From Gemmatimonadota bacterium (GTDB taxonomy: Bacteria; 4572-55; J002): a stretch of DNA of 64,000 nt. Under the pieces are notes generated by a model. The model ran no database searches, was not told the origin of the DNA, and saw only the letters and a list, made by a program, of their open reading frames with translations. The DNA is taken from positions 1,976-65,975 of the forward strand of contig RFFQ01000173.1 in the NCBI GenBank assembly GCA_003697105.1, read 5' to 3'. The position numbers and the translations under genes are program-made. This document shows positions 57,356-64,000 of the stretch, one piece after another; the first letter of the stretch is position 1; each line of letters starts with the position of its first letter.

Positions 57356-60300
57356 ATGATAAACCATACACCTTATACACTCGCCACTAGCAAGCAAGTT
57401 GGATTGGGGATCTTTTTGCTGTGCTGGCTGGTTTTTGTCGGAACGGCGGGATCATGGCCCTTTGATTTTGATACCGCGGATGGTATCGATACGTTCAATG
57501 GGACAACGTACATCGATACCGATGCCGGAGAGTTGATGATTTCGGCACCACCTGTAATTTTAACTGATGGAGAAGGCGGTACACCCTTCGCTGATACTCT
57601 GAGCGGTGCCAATGCCTCGCGAGTAACGGTCCGCCCCGAGTTAATCCATCTGAAAAATATTGATATTTTTACTGAAGATTTTACCACCACACAGTATCGA
57701 GGTGAAGCCACAACGGCATTATGGGTCACCAGACGGGGGGGCGGTATCACCTTACAATTCGCGGAAGGAAATTGGAGACCCCAAGAATCGGGTTCGATTC
57801 GTGATTTTAATGACATTGAGTTTATCTCCAAAGATATAGGCTGGGTTGCTGGCGGGAATGCCGCGACCCCCGCCATGTACAAAACGACTGACGGGGGCGC
57901 CACATGGACCAATATTACCGCATCGCTTCCGCCGGGTACAAGCGAATTACAGGATATTGATTTTTCCAGTTCCTCAATGTTAGCTGTGGGAGGAGGTATT
58001 TCGGGTACCATTATCATCTCCGAAGACCGGGGTGAAACGTGGATACGATTGAACCGCCCCGTAGATGCTGACGGGGATTCTTTATTCGATATTACCTCCG
58101 TCGATTTTATAGACCGGATGGAAGGATGGGTTTCGGCAGAATATGGACACATTTTTCATACAACAGATGGTGGTCAAACGTGGGTAGATCAACTGGAAGG
58201 TGTGGACCGGGATATCAACGACCTTGTTTTCATCGATCACCAGCAGGGATGGGCCTTTGGCGGGCAAGGCACTATTTTGAAGACGACAAACGGTGGCGAA
58301 GAGTGGATCCCGATCAATGCGGGTCTCAGCGCAACGTTACACGATGGTACCTATCGCCGTTGGAACTCCACCAATTATATTTTTACGGTCGGTGACGGTG
58401 GGGTGATTAGCCGGACCACCTCCGGCGGTAATGAATGGAGCGGTACGGAATTAAGTGACCAAGCCGGTAATCTAAATTCAATTGTCGTACGGGAATTTGA
58501 CAACGCCCTGCACGGTTGGATTAGTACGGAAAGTGGGGCGATTTACCGTTGTATCAATTTGCAGGATGACCCGGCGGAGTGGAATTGGTTTGCTCAGGAA
58601 ACCGGCACGCGTGAAAGTCTGCATGATATTACGGTGCGGGTGGTCACCGGCGCGATGCAAGAATCAAATTTTGTGGCGTGGGCGTGTGGCAGGCGTGGCA
58701 CCATTCTTTACAATCCATTATATGAGGGAGAAGGTGAAGTGGTTTCCACGGATGTGGTGGCAACCCACCCCACCGCAATTACGGGGGTGACTCTTACGGC
58801 AGATTTAGATTCCCTAGACGGGAGCGGGCATATCACGTTTTATGTTTCCAATAATCGTGGGGATTCATGGACACAGATTGATGAACTGGGTGTGTTTCAG
58901 CCCATACCGGTTAGCTCTGGATGTGATTGTAACACGCTAGCGTGGCGGGCGGAACTGAGTACGGATAATTTGGATTTTAGTCCCGCGATTTTTGAAGTAC
59001 GCATTGACTACCAGCATGGGTATGAAACCTCTGGAACGTACGCCTCTCCCATTTATGATTTTGGCAGTGCTGCCCAACAGCGCCGTTTTCAAGCGGTAAC
59101 ATGGGCATCTACGGTTCCGGAAGGCACGAGTTTGCACCTGTGGGGTGACCTCTACGATGCAGACCGCAACCTCCTCCGGAGTATTGATATGGGTACGTCC
59201 GGTTCCTATACATTTGATCTTCAAAGTTTGCTCAGTGTGGGCAACCAGTTCCGTTATCGGGTTGTTATGCAGACCGGAGACATGAGTGCCACGCCAGAAT
59301 TAACACAAGTGGTTGTGCAAACGGCTTACCTTAGTAGTGGACGGGCTAAACCGGAAAATCGATTAACCGCTGTGAATATTAAAGAATGGGATCGGGTCAT
59401 TGTGGATCTGGCAGAGTTCAATCCCCCCACCCATAGCTTAGAAATGCTGGTTTTTAAAAACGGTGCTCAGATATTCGATCTGCCTCCCCTGGTTTATGAA
59501 ACTGGTCGGGTTACTCGGGATGTTTCTGGAATCCCCACCGATGGTGACCTCAATGTAGAACTGCGACTTTCCACGGCTTCGGGTAGTACAACCCCCCGTA
59601 TCAACCGCCTGACGATCACATACCAATCCTACAGCCAGACCTACTTTGTGGATGAAAATGGGAACTCTCGCACGAAATATAATCTTGGTGAACCTATCTG
59701 CGGAGAAGTGGTAGATCGCGATGCGAACACCGACCCTACTTCCACCCAAACCGTTCCGGTAACATTCTCGTGTGATGAAACCGGTGATGTGCTCGTGACG
59801 ACCTTGACCGAGTTAGGCATCAATAGCGAGCGATTCCGCGGATGTATCCTTCAGGAAGTTAACCCGGTCGCTAACGTGGAAGATGCCATTTTACAGGTTG
59901 TTGATGGTGCTACGATCCGCGTGCGCTATGTTGACCCCGAAGACCCCGAGGACCAGAGCGAAGATCAGGCACGGATCGGTCAAGCCGAAAAAGGGGTCTC
60001 GTTTATTGATGAAAATGGCAATCCAGTGGATCGTTATGACGTTACGGATTCCGTTTGTGTGGAAGTCATCGACCCCGAAGCGAATCTTAGCCCCGTAGCA
60101 ATAGATAGTGTGGACGTATTGCTTTACAACGATGTTACGCTCGATACACTATTTGTCTGGCTCTTTGAAACCGGCAATGATACCGGGGTGTTCCGGGGCT
60201 GTATCGAAACAGAAATCAACCCCATTCGTGATTTAGCGGATCGCAAACTGCAGATTTATGATGATAGTGACATCGGGGTGATCTACTGTCCCGATAGTGA

Positions 60301-61426
60301 CCCGGATAACTGCGAAACGGATCGGGTGCCGGTGGGAGGTAACAAGGGCAGTTTTGTGGACGATCAGGGTGACCCCGTTGACCGTTACAATCTGGGTGAC
60401 CCGGTCTGTGTGGAAGTGCTGGATAATGACGCCAATATTAATCCGGTGGGGGTGGATAGCATCGATGTGGTGCTTTTTTGTGTGGAAACATTGGATACGC
60501 TGGAAACGATACTTTACGAAACGGGTGTGAATACCGGCTGGTTTAGTGGCTGTATCGATATTGAAGTCAATCCCATTCGTAATTTGGCAGATGATACGCT
60601 GCAAGTGATAGATGGTGCCGAATTGGGTCTGATTTATTGCCCCGAAGTGGGTGCCGAACCTTGCGTGGAAGACCGGGCGATCTACGGCGGAGCGGGTGAA
60701 AATTACGCCGGAGATGCCGCTTTTAAAGATGCTGGCTTTGCAAATCTTAGTGGGGATGAAATCTGCTTAAATCGTGATTTGTACTTGCAAGTAGAAGATG
60801 ATACTACCACCATGAACCCCGACCGCACGCTAGATGCGTCGCTTTATGTGGCAAGTAATCCAAATAATATTTTAGCCGTTACACTGGTACTCGATGAGAC
60901 GGACCGGGAGGGTATTACAAGTCCATTGCGGGCGTATTTTCGGGCGCAACTGCCGTGGTCGCAGGTGCAAGCCGCGCTCAATCTACAATTGGACGATTCA
61001 GTGGTCTTGGCATATGCCGATGCCAATGATGGTGATGCCGACCCCGATAACAATATCAAAACCGCCCAAGTACGGGTAACCAACTGTGATGTCCCTGTTG
61101 AAGGGGGTTATTTGATTGTTTTTCCGAACCCATATAAAGAGACGGATGAAGGAACTGACCCGGTCTTTGAGTATCGTCCCAAAGGATTAGCTACCCTTGA
61201 TAATCTCACCATGACGATCTACAATATTGCCGCTGAGGAGGTACGACGTGTCGGCTTGGCAGATTTTGAGGCATGTACTATTCGTGGCGGTGCTCTCTGT
61301 TTCGCTTGGGATAAGACGAACAATAATGGTAAGGCGGTTTCCAGCGGGACGTATTTTGCCGTTGTAGAAGCCACTGGCGGTGGCAAGTCAGACCGGCAAA
61401 CCGTCAAGCTGTTTCTGGTACGATAA
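57356..61426 (+). CDS. Large exported protein: YCF48/BNR beta-propeller, three Cys-containing ~118-aa repeats, and a FlgD-Ig/T9SS-like C-terminal domain
   Basis: Signal peptide; Asp-boxes (TTDGGATW, SEDRGETW, TTDGGQTW, TTNGGEEW); C-terminus VFPNPY...IYNIAAEEVR...WDKTNNNGKAVSSGTYF...KLFLVR. Confidence 0.85.
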   Translation: MINHTPYTLATSKQVGLGIFLLCWLVFVGTAGSWPFDFDTADGIDTFNGTTYIDTDAGELMISAPPVILTDGEGGTPFADTLSGANASRVTVRPELIHLKNIDIFTEDFTTTQYRGEATTALWVTRRGGGITLQFAEGNWRPQESGSIRDFNDIEFISKDIGWVAGGNAATPAMYKTTDGGATWTNITASLPPGTSELQDIDFSSSSMLAVGGGISGTIIISEDRGETWIRLNRPVDADGDSLFDITSVDFIDRMEGWVSAEYGHIFHTTDGGQTWVDQLEGVDRDINDLVFIDHQQGWAFGGQGTILKTTNGGEEWIPINAGLSATLHDGTYRRWNSTNYIFTVGDGGVISRTTSGGNEWSGTELSDQAGNLNSIVVREFDNALHGWISTESGAIYRCINLQDDPAEWNWFAQETGTRESLHDITVRVVTGAMQESNFVAWACGRRGTILYNPLYEGEGEVVSTDVVATHPTAITGVTLTADLDSLDGSGHITFYVSNNRGDSWTQIDELGVFQPIPVSSGCDCNTLAWRAELSTDNLDFSPAIFEVRIDYQHGYETSGTYASPIYDFGSAAQQRRFQAVTWASTVPEGTSLHLWGDLYDADRNLLRSIDMGTSGSYTFDLQSLLSVGNQFRYRVVMQTGDMSATPELTQVVVQTAYLSSGRAKPENRLTAVNIKEWDRVIVDLAEFNPPTHSLEMLVFKNGAQIFDLPPLVYETGRVTRDVSGIPTDGDLNVELRLSTASGSTTPRINRLTITYQSYSQTYFVDENGNSRTKYNLGEPICGEVVDRDANTDPTSTQTVPVTFSCDETGDVLVTTLTELGINSERFRGCILQEVNPVANVEDAILQVVDGATIRVRYVDPEDPEDQSEDQARIGQAEKGVSFIDENGNPVDRYDVTDSVCVEVIDPEANLSPVAIDSVDVLLYNDVTLDTLFVWLFETGNDTGVFRGCIETEINPIRDLADRKLQIYDDSDIGVIYCPDSDPDNCETDRVPVGGNKGSFVDDQGDPVDRYNLGDPVCVEVLDNDANINPVGVDSIDVVLFCVETLDTLETILYETGVNTGWFSGCIDIEVNPIRNLADDTLQVIDGAELGLIYCPEVGAEPCVEDRAIYGGAGENYAGDAAFKDAGFANLSGDEICLNRDLYLQVEDDTTTMNPDRTLDASLYVASNPNNILAVTLVLDETDREGITSPLRAYFRAQLPWSQVQAALNLQLDDSVVLAYADANDGDADPDNNIKTAQVRVTNCDVPVEGGYLIVFPNPYKETDEGTDPVFEYRPKGLATLDNLTMTIYNIAAEEVRRVGLADFEACTIRGGALCFAWDKTNNNGKAVSSGTYFAVVEATGGGKSDRQTVKLFLVR
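59642..60690 (+). repeat. Three tandem intragenic repeats of about 350 nt
   Basis: Units start at about 59642, 59999 and 60350: F(V/I)D..G...(K/R)Y.....C.EV.D..AN..P...L.E.G.....F.GCI..E.NP......LQ..D. Confidence 0.85.
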
Positions 61427-61459
61427 ACCCAAAGCGTATAAGTTGAGGAGGTTTTTACA

Positions 61460-63319
61460 ATGAAACAAATTCTGCGTATTGCTCTTATCATGGCGCTGTC
61501 CATGTTCGCTTGGGGGAGCGTATCTATCGCGGTTGCCGCGGAGGATGATGCCGGTACGGATGGCGCGGCGTTTATGAAGGTTGCTTTGGGTGCGCGTCAA
61601 GCGGGAATGGGCGAAGCTTTTACCGGTCTGGCAGATGATGGCTATGCGATTCAGTATAACCCTGCGGGGATCGTGTTTATGGGTCGCTGGCGGCTTGATG
61701 CCGTCGGTAATCCGATGGTGCGGAAGTGGAACTGGGAATTTACCTTCATGCGCAACCAATGGATGGATGATACCAACCAGAATTATGTCGGGCTGGTACA
61801 TCCCATGGGGGATTGGGCGCTTTCGCTCGGTGCCATCTATTTTGATGAAGGCTCCGTCGATGAACGGGATCGTATGGGGAATCTGACCGGTAGTAGCGCC
61901 AGTGCCTATGATGCCGTTCCATCGCTGGGGATTGCTTACCGGCTCAGCAAACATCTCGGGGTAGGTGTTACCGGACGGATGTTATACAGCAATATCGCGG
62001 ACGAGACCGCTACCGGTTTCTCTGCGGATGTGGGTTTACTGGCAAATTTTGAGACCTTTATGATCGGAGCTTCAGCCCAAAATCTGGGGTCAACGCTTCA
62101 ATTTTTGGAGCAATCGGATAATAACCCGATGGTCTTTCGGGGTGGGATTGCGATTCCATTGCTCAGTTGGGTCTCCCAACCGGCATTGAAAAGTGACCTT
62201 GTCATTACCAGTGACATCGTTTACCGGCAAGATAATAAACCCTACTTTAATGTGGGGGGTGAATATGTCTGGAATGATTTACTGGCATTACGTGGTGGCT
62301 ACAAAGCCCAAACGGATATTGAAGGGTTGACTCTGGGAGCAGGATTCATGTTAGGTGATCGTGATAACTATGAGTTGCAAATTGATTATGCTTATGCGCC
62401 GCTCGATGTCATCCAAGAGGATATGCACCGGGTGAGTTTGACGTTACGATTTGGTCCGCAGTTAGGTAAAACACGCACGGCGCCGATAATGACCCGCCCA
62501 CCAGCGCCTGCCCCACCGGCTCCCGTGAAGAGTGAACGCGAAATATTAGCCCAGCCCGAGCGCGTTGAAGATATTGTGGGCACGGATGATGAATCGATTG
62601 AAATTGTCGCCCCGGAAAGTGCGGAAGAGTGGATCCGGTTGCGGGTGCGCATCAATTTTGATTTTGATAAATCGGATATTCGCCCCGATATGGAACCGAC
62701 CTTACAAAAAGTGGGTGAAATCTTACGGTTAGCTCCCAATAGCATGATTCAGTTGGAAGGTCATACCGATGCAATTGGTTCCGAAGCGTACAATATTGGT
62801 TTGTCCTATCGCCGGGCAACTTCGGTGATGGATTGGCTCATCAAGCATGAACAGATTGCCAAAAAGAATTTCCTGAAACCGGTAGGGTACGGGGAAACCC
62901 GCCCCATTGCACCGAATTCTACGGCGGAAGGTCGCTGGATGAATCGCCGCGTGGTTGTGATTGTCTATAACCCGGGCGTGAAGAACAATGTTAAACCGGC
63001 AACCGAATTGAAAGACGTTCAGGTTCGGTCTGGGGCATTAGGAGGAAGTGTCGAAGTGGCGATGACATTTGATGGCATGATTCAACCTCAAACACCCTTC
63101 AGCCTACCCAATCCGGAGCGGTTGGTGATCGACTTGCCGGGAGTGCTGGCAGCTTTTGAGTCCAAAACCATTCCCAGTACACTCGGTGCCGTCCAGCAAG
63201 TTCGGGTGATGTCCCACCAGGAGGGGAATTTCACCCGTGTCGTACTCGACTTGACCAAACCCTCCTCATACGAAATGAAAGTTGAAGATAATCAAGCAAT
63301 TCTTTTAATCAGTCCCTAA
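61460..63319 (+). CDS. PorV/PorQ-family beta-barrel fused to an OmpA-like peptidoglycan-binding domain and an AMIN domain
   Basis: GAAFMKVALGARQAGMGEAF..LADD..AIQYNPAG (PorV-type start), ALRGGY, IDYAY, HRVSL; Pro linker; INFDFDKS, EGHTD, NIGLSYRRA, GYGETRP, NRRV; LPNPERLVIDL, RVVLDL. Confidence 0.88.
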   Translation: MKQILRIALIMALSMFAWGSVSIAVAAEDDAGTDGAAFMKVALGARQAGMGEAFTGLADDGYAIQYNPAGIVFMGRWRLDAVGNPMVRKWNWEFTFMRNQWMDDTNQNYVGLVHPMGDWALSLGAIYFDEGSVDERDRMGNLTGSSASAYDAVPSLGIAYRLSKHLGVGVTGRMLYSNIADETATGFSADVGLLANFETFMIGASAQNLGSTLQFLEQSDNNPMVFRGGIAIPLLSWVSQPALKSDLVITSDIVYRQDNKPYFNVGGEYVWNDLLALRGGYKAQTDIEGLTLGAGFMLGDRDNYELQIDYAYAPLDVIQEDMHRVSLTLRFGPQLGKTRTAPIMTRPPAPAPPAPVKSEREILAQPERVEDIVGTDDESIEIVAPESAEEWIRLRVRINFDFDKSDIRPDMEPTLQKVGEILRLAPNSMIQLEGHTDAIGSEAYNIGLSYRRATSVMDWLIKHEQIAKKNFLKPVGYGETRPIAPNSTAEGRWMNRRVVVIVYNPGVKNNVKPATELKDVQVRSGALGGSVEVAMTFDGMIQPQTPFSLPNPERLVIDLPGVLAAFESKTIPSTLGAVQQVRVMSHQEGNFTRVVLDLTKPSSYEMKVEDNQAILLISP

Positions 63320-63359
63320 TCTTTTTTAGACGCCCAAACGATACTTTCGGAAGGAAACC

Positions 63360-63610
63360 AAGGGTTGAGTTATGCGACCAGAAGCATTGTGATATGGAAT
63401 TCGTAGCGGATTTTCGGATACGTGACCGTGACCGGCTTCTGATCGGATTGGGGGAAATGACCACAGCGATGTTAAGTCACACGGAGTTGGCGGTTTTGAA
63501 CTCTGAGGTTTAGACCCCTCGCTAAAGACAGACAAAGCAAAGCAAAAAACGGGATTCTTTACTGGTGCTCACGTGATGCTTAATTCCTGTGGTCGTCCCC
63601 CGAAACCCTT
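63360..63610 (+). ncRNA. Candidate structured non-coding RNA, family not recognised
   Basis: Closing helix AAGGGTT/AACCCTT; arm 1 CGACCAGAAGC/GCTTCTGATCG; arm 2 GGGGGA..TGACCACAG/CTGTGGTCG-TCCCCC, extended by TTAAG/CTTAA, TCAC/GTGA, GAG/CTC; strong terminator follows. Confidence 0.45.
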
Positions 63611-63633
63611 AACCGATGTTATCATGCCCTCAC

Positions 63634-63669
63634 AAAACCGCATTAGTTGCCCACTGATGCGGTTTTTTT
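63634..63669 (+). terminator. Intrinsic terminator
   Basis: AAAACCGCATTAGT-TGCCC-ACTGATGCGGTTTT ending in a T7 run. Confidence 0.88.
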
Positions 63670-63674
63670 CATGC

Positions 63675-63704
63675 TTGACAATTGCGGTAGGATTTTGCTA
63701 GCAT
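63675..63704 (+). promoter_or_regulatory. Sigma70-type promoter for ndk
   Basis: TTGACA-N18-TAGCAT with an extended -10 TG; followed by a GGGATGCG/CGCATCCC hairpin at 63710-63730. Confidence 0.65.
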
Positions 63705-63776
63705 TATTGGGGATGCGTCCGGCGCATCCCTAAATTCAATTTCCTATTTTATCACTTTCATTTTCAGGAGGTTATC

Positions 63777-64000
63777 TTGGAAAAAACGTATACTATGATC
63801 AAACCGGACGCCGTAAAAAAGGGCGTGATCGGCAAAATGATCTACCGGATTGAAGAAGCCGGTTTTGCGATTCGTGCCATGCGAATGGCAACGTTAACAA
63901 CCGAACGGGCGCAAGAATTTTATGCTGTACATAAAGAACGTCCTTTTTACGGTGAATTGGTGGAGTTTATGACCTCCGGACCGGTCGTGATGATGGTCTT
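63777..64000 (+). CDS. ndk: Nucleoside diphosphate kinase, 3'-truncated by the window edge
   Basis: AGGAGG RBS then [16 protein letters not shown]...[24 protein letters not shown]. Confidence 0.96.
   Translation, partial: MEKTYTMIKPDAVKKGVIGKMIYRIEEAGFAIRAMRMATLTTERAQEFYAVHKERPFYGELVEFMTSGPVVMMV

Noticed and set aside
57373..58152. 259-aa antisense ORF, and similar shadow ORFs such as 61388-61954 and 13508-13960
   Set aside because: They lie opposite well-supported genes, have no recognisable motifs, and are explained by codon bias on the sense strand.
59642..60690. CRISPR array or mobile DNA repeat
   Set aside because: The units are in-frame, about 350 nt, diverged at synonymous sites and lack spacers, so they are protein domain repeats.
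63320..63670. tmRNA, RNase P RNA or SRP RNA
   Set aside because: No tRNA-like ends or plausible tag peptide, no GAGGAAAGTCC, and no SRP domain IV motif in a proper context.

Overview
Gene-dense chromosomal window from a diderm bacterium. The PorV-type barrel, CTD-like cargo and many lipoproteins suggest an FCB-superphylum or related candidate lineage (inference). Housekeeping content: a 5'-truncated cDPG-synthetase-like/ArcE-type NTPase, an Fe3+-type ABC importer, menC-aroE-aroC-aroK-aroB-aroQ, tRNA-Glu(TTC), accD, PNP, folB-folK, mltF, tsaD-gatC-gatA, amidase-aroA-menF, M32 carboxypeptidase, rpsP-khpA-rimM-trmD-rplS, mscS and a 3'-truncated ndk. I saw no integrase, transposase or CRISPR array. 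The main leads are: (1) a 697-aa protein made of two intact DnaA AAA+ modules without DnaA domains I and IV, encoded behind a large TPR protein in a probable operon headed by two bactofilins; (2) a PorV-barrel/OmpA/AMIN fusion encoded right after a 1356-aa repeat protein with a T9SS/FlgD-like C-terminal domain; (3) an unannotated ~250-nt highly base-paired RNA candidate between that gene and ndk; (4) a (LamG-Ig)x4-dockerin protein whose promoter shares an IHF-box/TTGACA layout with the other large exported protein; (5) a 42-aa membrane microprotein missed by the ORF track. All family assignments come from recognising motifs by eye; no searches were run.
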